Shown here one piece after another: positions 21,758 through 35,450 of a stretch of 64,000 nt of DNA. Made by a program: the position numbers and the translations under genes. The first letter of the stretch is position 1. Each line of letters starts with the position of its first letter. Origin of the DNA: Mobula hypostoma (Eukaryota); contig NC_086129.1 in assembly GCF_963921235.1 (NCBI RefSeq), forward strand, positions 42,098,001 to 42,162,000, written 5' to 3'. Under the pieces are notes generated by a model. That model did no database searches. It was not told where the DNA came from and worked only from the letters and a program-made list of their open reading frames with translations.

Positions 21758-24700
21758 GGTAAGAGGTTAATTGTTCCCTTGTATAGGCGAGTGGAGGAAT
21801 CCATGGGGAGCTGATGGGAACACAGGAAGAATAAAATGGATTAAGGTAGGGTAGGTAAATGGATACCCGATGTTTGGCATCGAGTTGAAGGGCCAAATGG
21901 CTTGTTTCCATGCCGCATCTCTCTATGATTCTAACATCTACAACAGTTTCTCCAAAAGGAGGACAAAAGCCACCTGTGATCAAGTTTTTCATCCCCTTTA
22001 TAAAATGCGTAGTGTGCGTACCTTGGGTGAAGGCAGGATCAGGCTGGTCCAAAATCAGAATCAGGATTATTATCATTGACAAACATCTTGAGATCTGTTA
22101 TGTTTCAGGAGCTGTTCTGTGCAATACATAAATAAATTACTATAATTTACAATAAGGATATATTACAATGTATATAAATAATGCAAAAAGAGAGCAAAAT
22201 ACATGTGTTCATGGGTTCATGGACTGTCAAAAATCTGACTGTGTTGTTCCTAAAATGTTGAATCTGTGTCATCAGGCTCTTAAAGCTCCTTCCTGATGGT
22301 AGTAATGAGAAGAGGGCATGCCCTTAATGATGGATGCTGCCTTTTTGAGTGATCTCCGTTTGAAGTTGTCCTTGATACCGGGGAGACTAGTGCCCATGAT
22401 GGAGCTGGCTGACTCTACAGCCCTCTGTAGCTTTTTGCAGATCCATTGCTCGCAACTCTTTGCATTCCCATGCAGCCCTTGTAATGCTCACTGTTGAGAA
22501 TCAGTGAGGAATGCAAACAAGTGCAAAATCTAGACAGTGACTGTACCCAAGATCAGATAGTGCCTGTGAGGGGTGAGTATAAAAATAAATTCCAACACCA
22601 CAAGGATTTATTTCAATCACATTTACTTTATTTTTAACTATGTTACAACTAACAGGTATCCAGAATCCCTGACAATCCTTTCTGGCAATACTGAAAACCT
22701 CCAAAGGGGAAAATACCATGAAAAAGATATAAAAAACATCATCAATTCTCAAATGCAACCCAACTTGCCCAGCAAAATAACTTGTAGTGGGTCAGTCCGT
22801 TAAGGAAGGTGACTGTTAACGCGTGTGATCACATGCTCACTCTGTGGAAACTCATTCATATTTCTGCTAGAAATCAGAGGGGAAAGGTATCTCATCACGG
22901 TAGGTAGCGCATCATGGGTCCAGTAACAAGGAGGGTTACACCACTGACAGAAGAAGTTCATTGGATTAGCCGAATGTGTGTGTTTGTCAGCTCCTCCAGG
23001 CTTGTCCTGGGACCTCCAGATTCACCTGCTTTACGGTATTAAATGGCCAACAGTCTCATAGTGGGTAATTTGAAGGGCCTTTTTTTTCCAATGGGATAAA
23101 AGGTGGACAACTGTGACAATGGATGTGTCAGGCACCAATGGTGGGGACCTAGGGAGGGGCTAGCCAACTTACAGATCATGCGACAAAACCTCCTAAAATA
23201 TGCAAAAGCAAAGTTGGCAATCTAACTGAAGTTAAATTGTCAGATTGATGTCAGGGTCAGAAGCTGAGCCCACAATACAATATGCCTCCAAATTATCTCT
23301 TGCTACTTTCACACTGGTCATGTTCTCTGTGGACTTGGAACAACAGCAGGCTGAAACAGGAGAGCATTCCCATTTAAAAAATAATGCCCAGCTAGGAATA
23401 AATTCAGGTCCTTGGACAAGGAAGACTAATAATAGGGACTTAAGCAAAGCAACTTAGTTGTTGAAAGCTTAAGCATTAGTTAAAGCGTTAAACTTTGAAG
23501 GAACAATCCAGGTAGGGCAGGGCAAGGAAGGTGAAAGGTCCATAGACTAGTAATGGACCTCATCAGTGTTAATCTAGACATGCTGGCTTGACATAAGGGA
23601 TGGGATGTTGCCGTGGTAAAGCAGAAGGTTGCTAGGCTGTATTAAAACCCCAGTGGAGGTCAGAAACACAGAGCTGCCATATCTGGTTTGATCACAATGC
23701 ATTCTGATCACATTTGATTACATACAATACCTGATAATGTAATCTTCAATTTCATGATAATTTACAAAATAATCAAATATTAACTCATTCACTTTGAAAT
23801 TGTGTTTTAGTCTACACCTTAATAGCCATATGTAGTGCACTGCCCTGTGATTCAATAGATCTTGGTTAAAGGACCCAGCTCCTCATTGCCCTCTTATTTC
23901 AACCAGCTCAGAATCTTTGGTTCCCTCTTTCTTCACTCCTTACCTTTCACTGTTTATCCATGGGAAGATCATCGGGTTTCACTCCTCCCCTTCCTGCCTT
24001 CCCCGCCGGGGGCTATTCTCACTCACCATCCTGTTCCTTCTGATCCTAAAAAATCAGAATTTGACGAAAGGTCTCTGACCTAAAACAGTAACTCTGATTC
24101 TTTTTCCTGACTCGCTGAGTTTTTGATTTCCTTTCAGATTTCCAGCATCTGCAGTTTTTTAATTCACATTATAGTTTGTAGGAACTGGAAACTCACATTC
24201 TCATAAGACACAGGAACAGAGTTAGGCCATTCAGCCCATTGAGTTTTCCCTGCTATTCCATATTATCCCTCTCAACCCCATACTCAGGCTTCCTCCCCGT
24301 AATCTTTGACACACTTACTAATCAAGGAGCTGTCAACTCTTCTTTAAATATACTCAAAGACTTGGCCTCCACAGCTGTCTGTGGCAACAATTTCCATGGA
24401 TACACCTCCCCAAGGTCCTGTTTCCCTTCTCTCTTTTACGCCAATTGGCTTCTTTCTCTTCCCCAAGCTATAATTTCCAAGTCTCCCTCCCTTCCCTTCT
24501 TACTCCATTCCTCCAATAAAGAACCTACCACCCTCCCAGAGAGTTGTGGCTCTCAGAGCGATAACTCTGAACTGTTCCCCGAGCTTAGTTCTGAGGCTCA
24601 GATTGGGAAAGTCATAGAATCATGGAGTGAGAGGTACACAGCACAGAAACAGGTTCTTCAACCCTACGAGTCTGTACTGTCAAACATATACTTACATTAA

Positions 24701-27700
24701 TCCTATGCAAGTCCCATTTTATTCTCTCGACTTTCCTATCATCTCTCCCCAGGCTCCACACACGCACACACATACTCTGGCTAATTAACCTAACCACCCA
24801 CTCGTCATTGTGAAGTGGAGGGAAACCAGAGCACCCAGAGGAAACCCATGAATTCACAGGGAGAGCACGTAAACTCCACAAAAACAGCACCAAAGATTAC
24901 AAATGAACCCAGATCACTGGTGATGAGAGGCACCAGGCCACCAAGGTCTTTTAATAAGTGCCCGATTCTAACTCCCATGGCTGTGAGTCAAGCCATTATT
25001 CACAGGGCTTTATCTCAATGTTTGTTGCCCACGTCAGTGACCTATATCACCAGTTCCCTGGGTTATTGGAAATATTGCCCAGGATAGACATCCTCAATTT
25101 GAAAATTTCAGGTTAGTTTTGAGAAGGTTAGGAACCTTACCAGGAAACCTCTTGTCAGCCCCAGTGTTTAGAATAACATGTTTATTCCATTGTTGGCAGT
25201 GTGGGACTTCAGCTTGTGCTCATATGTATAAAGTTTTTATTTTATTTATGAAAATAAATCCTCTTCCGGTCCATAGCAAGCTCAATTTCTAATCACAAAA
25301 TTACCTCACATTTAGCACACAGGAATTGGATTTAAAAAGTAAGCCATTTTGTGCTGTACAAAACCAATGTGTCTGGAATGTTCCCTGCCACTGATTGGCA
25401 GATGTGTTGTAACTACCTCCTTCCTTGGGGGAAAGACACAAGAAGATATTTCAGAATGGTCCTGTCAAAGCCTCCATTTTGAGAATTCCCCTGATCTTGG
25501 ATAAATTGGACAAGAAGTATCCTGTGATATATTCAGGATTCCTTAGGCACACCCTACCAAGAAATTGGAGTCTTCCAAATCATTACAATGGATATTTTGA
25601 GGTGCTATTCTTTTCTTAAAAACAAACACATACATACGCCTTCAGCAATTTTAATTGAACCTGCCTGCTGGAAAATGTACGGAATTGGTTGCAACATTAG
25701 TTTTTTTTCTATCACATGTGATTTACTCACTACTGAGGGACAGAGTCAAGTGGGAATATGAAGATGGTAATCCACCTTCTCTGGTGGGACTCCTACTCCA
25801 CAACAGTGCGGGATCAACTACAGCAGAGGGACAATAGTGGTTCATGAAAGCAGGTCACCAAAAACTTCTCAAGGGCGATTAGAGAAGGGTAGTAAATACT
25901 GGTCTTGCCGGCAATGCTAACCTCCCAAACAGTGAATAAGCAAAACAACTACATTTACGTTCCCCTGAATGAATAACGAAGCAGGGTGCATATTATTTTT
26001 ACTTGTAATGTGCCACCTACTCACTGACGCTCAGTTAAAGCGTGCACAATTAACACCCTAGTTATAATTCACCACATTCATATGGCACTTGGCATGATAA
26101 TTCGCATTGTATTTACGCTGATGGTGTGAAGCTAGTGCTCGCGTTGAATACTGCCATGTTCAGTGGTATCACTTGCGCGCAGTTTGGAGGTTGACGGCAT
26201 GCACGATGAATCGAACGCGGTTTTGCGGCGCAGCGGAAGGTGGGCACATCAGCACTTGTGTTTAATGTAAAGCAGCATGGAGGAGAATCGGTAACATCCC
26301 GTGAAGCATGAAGATCAACAGTCGTCAGCAGAGGCAGGTCATCCTCAGCCAAGTTTCACTGTCCCTAGTGCTGCCTACAAACACAAAACTCAGTTAGAAC
26401 AAAGCTCGAATGAACTGCAATCTCAATGCCAGAAACAATTGGGTTCTTTGCTTCCACATTGTTTTACAATTAGCAGGAAGGAGTGAACAAGCTTTTGCAC
26501 CAATATAGAACTTGGTCCTCAAACTCACTCTATGTGTTCATTAAATCATGGCTGAACTGATTGTATTCTCATCTGCCTATGGTAACTTCCACCGCTTTGA
26601 TTATGAAGTGTCTATCTTCCTCTGCCTTAAAAGTAGCCATTGACTTGTCAGAAGAAGGTCCAAAGACTTATGATCATCTGAGAGAAAAACAGTTGCATTA
26701 TTCAATGGGTGATTCTTATTGGTAAACTTTGACTTCTAGTCCCAGATGCTCCCATAAGGGGCGCCATGGTAGCATAGCAGTTAGTGCAACAATATTACAG
26801 CTAGGGGCTTCCGAGTTTGGAGTTTAATTCCGACACCGTCTGTAAGGAGTTTGTACGTCCTCCCGTGAACATGTGGGTTTCTTCCAGGTGCTCCAATTTC
26901 CTCCCACAGTCCAAAGACGTACCAGATAGCAGGTTAATTGGTCATGTAAATTGTCCTGTGATTAGGCTAGGGTAAAATAGGTGGGTTGCCGGGCCGTACA
27001 GCCTGTTAGGCCGGAAATGCCTTTTATGCACTGCATCTCTAAATAAAAATAAAAAATAAAGAGAAAATATCTTCACATTCACCCTGCCAAGACCCTTCAA
27101 TGTTATCTTTGTTTCAGTCAATTCCTCTTTATTTCTACTAAACCCCAGCAACAACTTCTCGAGTGTAGAAGAATTAGAGAGGAATTAACTGAAACAATCT
27201 TATTCCATCCAAACTTTCTTCATAAATAGGTCCACCCATTCCAGGTCTTTGTCCAGTTTACCTTCTCAGAACAGTTTCTAACATATTAATATTCTTCCTT
27301 CTATAACAAGTCCAATGTTGTGCACAGTACTCCAGATGTAGTCTTTTTCAAGTCTGAGATAACTGAAGCAGAATCTCCTAACTTTTGTATGCAGTTCCAA
27401 AAACAATAAGCTATCTCATTCTGATAGTTTTCCTAATTTTTGGGGTGGGACGGTAGTATAGTGGTACGCTTTACAGTACCAGTGACTCAGGTTCAATTCC
27501 CACCGCTGCCTGTAAAGAGTTTGTACATTTTCCACTGTGACCATGTGGGTTTCCTTCCAGTGCTCTGGTTTTCTCCCACAGTCCAAAGATCTACGGACTG
27601 GTGGGTTAATTGGTCATTGTAAATTGTCCTGTGATAGGCCAGGATTAAATCGGGGGGTTGCTAGGTGCAGCGGCTCGAAGGGCCAGAAGGGCCTGTTCTA

Positions 27701-29904
27701 TGCTGTATCTCTATATAGAAAAAAATAAACAAACAAACAAATGCTTACTGTACCTACGTGCTTACTGAATCGCAGACTAGATCCCTCTGCAACCATTTAT
27801 ATAATATAGTTCTTTTTTTAATTCTTTGCTTCATTATACTTCATTTGCCAAATCATTGCCTCATTTAATCCATCTATATTCCTTGAAATCTCCCTATGTC
27901 CTCTCTACAGCTTACTTTCCTACCTATCCAAGTGTCATTAGGAAGTTTAGCAACTGTAACTTTTGTGCCCTCATCAAAATCACTTGGATAAATCACAAAA
28001 ATTAAAATCCCAGCAGCAATCCCTTGGCACTCATTACATCTTGTCAAATAGCAAAAAAGACCTCTTTATGCCAACACTCCATTTTGTGTTAACCAAGCAA
28101 TTTTCTATCTGCACCAATCTGAAGATGAAGTCCACCGTGGATGGTCCCAAGCCCCGCTGTGAAAGGAGGAGGGTTGGGCATGAGGCTAGCAATCCCATCC
28201 TGTAAAAACCCAGAGCTACAGAAATGGCAACAGAAGCTTCAAAGAGCTCATCCTGGGAGAGAAAGGATCTAAGACGAGGGACGATTTGAGAGACTGGTCC
28301 AGGACAGAGGACTCTGGCGAGCTGCCGTCAGTAGCCTCTGACCCAAAAAAGGGTGATGGGCTTAAGAAGAAGAAGAAGAAGGGGAAGAATCGAAAGGTAA
28401 AGATTAGATAACTATTAGCTTTATTTGTCATATGTACATCAAAACTTGCAATGAAATGTGTTGTTTGTTTCAAATTGAGTCAGCGAGGATTGTGCTGGGC
28501 AGCTCTTGAGTGTCACCACGTTTCTGGTGCCAACATAACATGCCCACAACTTGCCATTCCTAACAATACATCTTCTGGAAAGTGGGAGGAAAACAGAGCA
28601 CCCGGATAAGACCATGGTGGGAATCAAACCACAGATGGTGCCGTAAAGCGTTGTGCTAACTGCTACACTACAGTGCCACCCCTTAATCTGTCACCTCCTG
28701 CACCATGCGCTTCTATTTTCTGTACTAAAGTTTGCTGCAATGTCCTATCAAATGCGTTCTGAAAATCTAAGGATAGTACGTCTACTGTTTCTCGCTTATG
28801 TACGTTGGGTTTTCAATGAAAAGATCAATTGTAAAACCACATTAACTTTGTTTGATGACTTTGATTTGCCACATTTGACGTATCTTTCAAACCAACCTCC
28901 TAAGAGCAGCATGATAATAACAATCAGATCATTTGCTTTTTGGTCATATTGTTTGAGGAATATGCAGTATGTTGGTCTGTTATTGGGGGATCCTCTCCTC
29001 TTTTCATTAAAATAATGTTCTGGGATCTTTTACAACCACCTAAGATTCCAGTAAGAAGTTTGACATCATCCAAGACAAGGCAGCCGGCTGTGTTAGCCTC
29101 TCATCCCCCATCTGAAATGCTCATTCTGGCAACACACACAAAAAATGCTGGTTCACCAGCATTTTTTGTGTATGTTGCTTGAATTTCCAGCATCTGCAGA
29201 TTTCATCGTGTTTGCTCATTCTGGCCCCTGCTTGCAGATTATAGCTTAGAGTGTAACATTGACAAAAATGCTCTGCATTTGCTCAGCTAAAAGATTAACT
29301 TTATTTGTCACATGTACATTGAAACAGACAGTGAACTGCGTCACTTGCATCAAATCAAATCAGCAGAAATTGTACTGGGCAGCCCGCAAGTGTCACCACA
29401 CTGCCGGCGCCAACAACTCACCAACCTTAACCACTTGGAAAACCTACAGCACAATACAGGCCCTTCGACCCACAAAGTTGTGCCGAACACGTCCCTACAT
29501 TAGAAATTACTAGGCTTGCCCATAGCCCTCTATTTTTCTAAGCTCCATGTACCTATCCAAAAGTCTCTTAAAAGACCCTATCGTATCTACCTCCACCACC
29601 ATTGCCGGCAGCCCATTCCACGCACCTGGAGGAAATCCATGCAGTCACGGTGAGAGTATATGAACTCCTTACAGGCAACGGTGGAAATTAAACCCTGATT
29701 GGAAATGCTGAAAAGCAATCCGCTGACTACTACGCTACCATGCTGCCCTATGATTAGCTAAATTGCTCTAACAAGACTTCTTAAACATGGGAAATCTACT
29801 ATCAAGGACAAAGGTAGCAAAGACGTGGGAATAACATAATTTGCTGATTCCCCTTCTGGTTGTACTCTGTCCTGACTTGGAAACAGAGCACCATTTTGTC
29901 ACTG

Positions 29905-30203
29905 ACTCAAGAGATTCTGCAGGTGCTGGAAATCCAGAGCAACACACAAAAAATGCTGGAGGGACTCAGCAGGTCAGACGGCATCCATGAAATGAATAAA
30001 ACGTCAACATATCGGTCCGAGAACCTTCATCAGGACCGGAAAGGAAGCGGAGCTTGATGCCTCCCCCCAACTTCTCATTCTTGCATCTCCCCCTTCCTTT
30101 CCAGTCCTGATGAAGGGTCTCGGCCTGAAATGTCGATGGTTTATTCCTTTCCATGGAAGCTGCCTGACCTGTTGAGCTCCTCCAACATTTTGTGTGTGTT
30201 ACG
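29905..30203. mobile_element. Fold-back Penelope-derived element just downstream of the SCN2B stop
   Basis: Inverted arms with hammerhead-like motifs at about 30001-30037 (minus; GAAA mutated to GATA) and 30103-30138 (plus). Confidence 0.75.
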
Positions 30204-30420
30204 TTGTTGGTGGGTCCAGATTCAGGACCTCAATGCCTAAGAGGGTATCATCAGAAGGACTGAGGTGGTTGAACAGGGCAGCTCACCACCACCTTCTGAA
30301 GAGCAATTAGGGATAAGCAGTAAACATTAACCTTAGCAACCACCCTACATCCAATAAAATAAATAAAATAGAATACTTGGAGAGGCTGTTGAACCTGAGT
30401 CCCAGCTGACTCCATGAGCC

Positions 30421-30620
30421 TTACTTTTCCTCTTCTTCCTGATTGCCTTCCCCGTCTGTTTTTCCTTCTTCTTCAGTTTTCTGATCTTCGGATTGGTTAT
30501 CTTGTTTCTTTTTCCTCCTCACACACTTAACTATGACTAAAATCAGAATGACGACAGCAAGGAATCCACCAACGGAGGCGCCAATGATTACAGCGACGGT
30601 GGAGTCACGCTCAGGAGCCA
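30421..30620 (-). CDS. SCN2B: SCN2B coding exon 4 (stalk, transmembrane helix, cytoplasmic tail, stop)
   Basis: (V)APERDSTVAVIIGASVGGFLAVVILILVIVKCVRRKKKQDNQSEDQKTEEEGKTDGEGNQEEEEK*, near-identical to the known beta-2 PERDSTVAVIVGASVGGFLAVVIL and KTEEEGKTDGEGN motifs. Acceptor ctctttcag; TAA at 30423-30421. Confidence 0.95.
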
Positions 30621-30679
30621 CTGAAAGAGAGAGCACCTGTTAGTAACTGTCTACCACAGAGTTACAAGAGATTCTGCAG

Positions 30680-31075
30680 ATGCGGACACTTCCCAACCTG
30701 GTTACCCCCTTATCTTCGCTTTCCTTCTCCCACTTTCATGTCCATCACCTCCCTCTGGTTCCCCTCCCCCTTTCCTTTCTTCCATGGTCCACTGTACTCT
30801 CCAATCAGATTCCTCCTTCTTCAGCCTTTTACCTCTTCCACCTATCAGCTCCCAGTTTCTCACATCATCCCCTCTCTCCCTCCCATCCGTCTTCCCTTTC
30901 AGCTGGTCTCACTTGTTACCTGCCATCTTGTATCCCCCTCCTCCCCCATGTTCTGATTCTGGCTTCTGCCTCTTTCATTTCCAGTCCTGATGAAGGGTCT
31001 TGCCCCAAAACGTTGACTCCATACAAAATTTTCCTCCATAGCTGCTGCCTGACCGGCGGAATTCCTCCACCTTTT
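30680..31075 (+). mobile_element. Penelope-like 3' fragment in SCN2B intron 3
   Basis: Pyrimidine-rich body and degenerate hammerhead at about 30982-31017. Similar single copies at about 47380-47720 (+), 53040-53520 (-) and 62860-63240 (-). Confidence 0.7.
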
Positions 31076-32120
31076 TGTGGGTCTACTCCTTCAGGCATGG
31101 GGCATGAAAATGGCAGCAACAGTGGACTTTCCTCTCTAGACAGAAGGTGGTGGAGGTGAAAAGCATTTAAGAAGCAAGCGGATAATTATTTTTTAATTTA
31201 TGGAATTTTGGGGAAATGGCTGGAAGAAGGAGTTGAGGCCTATGGTAGATCAGCCATGCTCTTATTGAATGACAGGACAGATTTAAGGGATCAAGTAGCT
31301 AACTCCTACTCCTATTTTCTCGTGCATCTTTTCAGGGAAAGAAGCTGCTTTAGAGTTTGTAAATACCCACCGCTCGCCCCACCCCACAGGCAGATGTATG
31401 GGTCTCCCTCTTTCTGTGGAAAGGATAAAGTGGGATTAGCATAAGATTAGTGTAGATACAATACTATGCAAAAGTCTCAGGCATATATACTGTATATAAC
31501 TAGGATCCTTAGACTTTTTCCCAGTACTGCATTTGTCAATGTGGAGCAGAGAGCAAGTTTGTAAATTTGACGGGAGCAAACGATGTTAAGAATGGTGAGG
31601 GTGCAGTGCCGTGGGTTGGGTATGGGATGGGTGGCAGAGAAGGAGTGCTAGGGGTACGGGGTGGCATGGATGCAGACACACCCAGCCCTGAGACACCAGG
31701 CAAGGTCGTTTGATTCCAAACAATTGGTTTATTGATCATTACAGAATGTCCCTCTGGTGCTTCCAGCTCCCTCCATTCTCCCCTCATCTTTTCCCAACCA
31801 TGATTCCCCTCTCCCTGCCCCCTTCCCACTCTCAGTCCACAATAGAGACCCCGATCAGAATCAGGTTTATCATCATTCACATATGTCATGATTTTTTTTT
31901 TGCAGCAGTGCAGTGCAATACATAAAATTGCTGAAGTACTATACAAAAGCCTTTGTCACCCGAGTTATATACATGTGCGTAAGACACAGTGCTGTAGGTG
32001 CTGGGTTGTTGTTGTGCACTCGGCAGGCCAAAGAGCCTGGCTTTGTGCTACGACAAATGGTTAATGGGGAAAGGTGGAGGGATATTGGTACTGACGGGTG
32101 AGAGGTTTTTTTGACGATAC

Positions 32121-32331
32121 CTTCTGTGACCACGCTGAGATGAATGGTTCCCAATCCTTTGTGCCGGTCAGGAGGGTTTAAGACGTAACACTTGTAAATG
32201 CCCTCATCACTAGTCTGGATGTCATGAATAGTGACGGAGACATCTTTCCTTGCCAGGTTGCCGGACCACTCCACACGACCCAAAAAGCGGTCTGTTTTGG
32301 AGATGATGACCCGGCGGCGAAATTGGACAAA
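32121..32331 (-). CDS. SCN2B: SCN2B coding exon 3 (C-terminal half of Ig V domain)
   Basis: FVQFRRRVIISKTDRFLGRVEWSGNLARKDVSVTIHDIQTSDEGIYKCYVLNPPDRHKGLGTIHLSVVTE; DEGIYKCYV F-strand motif. Acceptor attttatag, phase 0; donor GAAG|GTATCG, phase 1; 211 bp; in frame with exons 2 and 4. Confidence 0.95.
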
Positions 32332-32461
32332 CTATAAAATCAGAGTGAGAATCAGGATTATTATCGCAGGCACATATCATGAAATCTGTTTCTTCGTGGC
32401 ATCAGTACAGTGCAACATATCAAAAATTACTATAAGCTACAATAAAAATATAAAATAAATA

Positions 32462-34700
32462 AGACCATAAGATATAGGAGCAGAATTAGGCCGTTTGGCT
32501 CATCAAGTCTGCTCCCCCATTTCATCATGGCTGATCCAATTTTCCTCCCTGCCCCAGTTCCCTGCTTTCTCCCTGTATCCCTTCATGCCCTGATCAATCA
32601 AAAATCTATCACCCACTGCCTTAGTATACATACAGACTTGGCCTCCACAGCTACCTGTGACAAAGAATTCAACAGATTCACCTCTCTCTGGCTCAAGAAA
32701 TTCCTCCATATCTCCGTTCTAAAAGAATGCCCCTCTATTTTGAGGCTGTGTCCCCTGGTTTTAGAATCTTCCACCATAGGAAACATCCTCTCCACATCCA
32801 CTGTATCAAGGCCTTTCACCATTTCATAGGTTTCAATGAGGTCACCCCTCATTCTTCTGAATTCCAGTGAGTACAGGCCCAGAGCCATCAGACATTCTTC
32901 ATATGACAAGCCATTCAATCCTGGAATCATTTTCGTGAACCTCCTTTGAACCCTCTCCAACGTCAGCACATCCTTTCTAAGATAAGAGGCCCAAAGCTGC
33001 TCACAATACTCTGTGAGGCCTCACCAGTGCTTTATAAAGTCTCAACATTATATCCAATCTTCCAGAAATGAATGCTAACATCACATCTGCCTTCCTTACC
33101 AGAGACTCAACCTTCAAATTAACTTTTAGAGAATCCTGCACAAGCACTGCCAAGTCCCTTTGTGCCTCTTTTTTTGTATTTTCTCCCCATTTAGAAAATA
33201 GTCTACCCTTTCATATCTTCTGCCAAAGTGCATAACCAAACACTTCCCGACACTGTATTCTATCTGCCACTTCTTTGCCCATTCTCATAATCTGTCCAAG
33301 TCCTTCTGTAGCCTCTCTACTTCCTCCAAACTACCTGCCCCTCTACCCATCTTCATATCATCTACAAACTTTGCAACAAAGCCAGCAATTCCATCATCCA
33401 GGTTATTAACATATAATGTAAAAAGATCTACCCTGTAGAACACCACTAGTCACTGGCAGCCAGCCAGAAAAGGCTCCCTTTATTCCCATCCTTTGCTTCC
33501 TGCTAGTCAGTCACTGCTTTATATATACTAGAATCTCTCCTGTAGTACCACGGGCTCATAGCTTGTTAAGCAGCCTCATGTGTGGCACCTTGTCAAAGGC
33601 TTTCTGAAAATCCAAATACACAACCTCAACCAATTCTCTTTCGTCTATCCTGCTTCTTGTTTCTTCGAAGTATTCCAACAGATTTGTCTGGCAAGATTTT
33701 CCCTTGAGGAAACCATAGCAACTATGACCTGTTTTATGATGTGCCTCCAAGTATTCTGAGACCTCATCCTTAAGAATCAGCTCCAGCATTTTCCCAACCA
33801 CTGAAGTCAGGGTAACTGGTCTATAATTTCCTTTCTTCTCCTTCTCTGCATTTTTGAAGAGTGGAGTGGCATTTGCAATTTTCCATTCTTCCTGAGCCAT
33901 TCCAGAATCTAGTGATTCTTTAAAGATCATTACTAATACCTCCACAATCACTTCAGCCACCTCTTTTAGAACTCTGGGGTGTACACCATCTGGTCCAGGT
34001 GACTTATCTACCTTCAGACCTTTCAATTCCCCAAGAACCTTCTCCCCAGTAATGGTAACTTCACACACTTCATGACCCTGACATATGGAAATTTCACCAT
34101 ACTACTAGTGTCTTGCACAGTGAAGACTGATGCGTAGTACTTGTTCAGTTGGTCCTTCATTTCCTTTTCCCACATTACTACCTCTCCAGTATCATTTTCC
34201 AGCGGTCCAATTTCTACTCTCACCTCTCTTTTACACTATGTATCTGAAGAAACTTTTGCTATCCTCTTTAATATTTTGTCTAGCTTACATTTGTATTCCA
34301 TCTTTACCTTCTTAATGACTTTTTTAGTTGCCTTCTTGTTGGTATTTAAAAGCTTCTGAATCCTCTAACTTCCTACCAATTTTTGCTCTACTATACGCCT
34401 TCTCTTTGGCTTCTCTTATTCGCTACGGTTGTGTCTTTCCTTTAGAATACTTCTTCCTCTTTGGGATGTATATATCCTGTGCCTTCCAAATTGCTTCCAG
34501 AAATTCCAGCCATTGCTGCTCTGCTGTCATCCCTGCTAGTGTTCTTTTCCAATCAATTCTGGCCAACTCCCCCTCATGCCTCTGTAATTCCCTTTACTCC
34601 ACTGTAATATTGATACATCTGACTAGCTTCTCCTGCTCAAAATTCAGGGTGAATTTGAGCATATTATGATCACTTCCTTCTAAGGGTCCTTTTACCTTAA
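32462..34700 (-). mobile_element. CR1 LINE fragment in SCN2B intron 2, same sense as the gene
   Basis: KSPGPDGVHPRVLKE, NYRPVTLTSVVGK, YLDFQKAFDKVPH; internal deletion of part of RT; 3' tail at 32462. Confidence 0.9.
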
Positions 34701-35119
34701 GCTCTCTGACACAGGGAGAATATTTACCAACCGAAATCAGAGTCACAGTCACACAGTAAGGAGTAGATTAGGATTCAGATGAAGATTCATTTATTTATGT
34801 GGGGGTTGGTGAATTTCTGGAATTCTCTACTCCTGCTCCTATTTATTAAGTTCTATTTCGGGAAGTTTGTTCCAATCTTCTGGTCCGAACAGATCTGAAA
34901 ATCTGCTGCCCACTTCCCAATTTTTGTTCCCATCTCCCACAATGATTTTACCATCTCTACATCGACTCCTCTTTGTTTTCAAACTCCCTATGACTCTCAT
35001 CCTCCCAGACTCTGCAACCACCACCGAGTAAGACTGTAAGACCATAAGTGCAGAATTAGGCCATCCAGCTCATTGAGTCTGCTCTGCCATTCCATCGTGG
35101 CTGATCCCTATTTATAAAT

Positions 35120-35409
35120 AATAGGCATCCGTTAGTCTCGTGAGACCATGGATTTGCGCCTTGGAAGGTTTCTGCAAGGTCTTGTATGGAAGACTGGCAG
35201 TTGCCCATGCTGCAAGTCTCCCCTCTCCTCGCCACCGATGTTGTCCAAGTGAAGGGCACTATGGCCGATACAGCTTGGCACTGGCGTCGTCGCAGAGCAA
35301 TGTGTGGTTAAGTGCCTTGCTCAAGGACACAACACGCTACCTCAGCCAAGGCTCGAACTAGCGACCTTCAGATCACTAGACCGACACCTTATCCACTTGG
35401 CCACACGCC

Positions 35410-35410
<1 letters not shown>
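35120..35410 (-). mobile_element. tRNA-headed SINE with RTE-like tail
   Basis: A box TGGCCAAGTGG and B box GTTCGAGCC at about 35350-35408; TGTGTCCTTGAGCAAGGCACTTAAC central block. Confidence 0.7.

Positions 35411-35448
<38 letters not shown>
35411..35448. repeat. (CA)n microsatellite
   Basis: About 19 uninterrupted AC units. Confidence 0.95.

Positions 35449-35450
<2 letters not shown>

Noticed and set aside
1-30000. SCN4B exons expected downstream by human synteny
   Set aside because: No SCN4B-like peptide was recognised in the ORF track or in the unique segments I translated.
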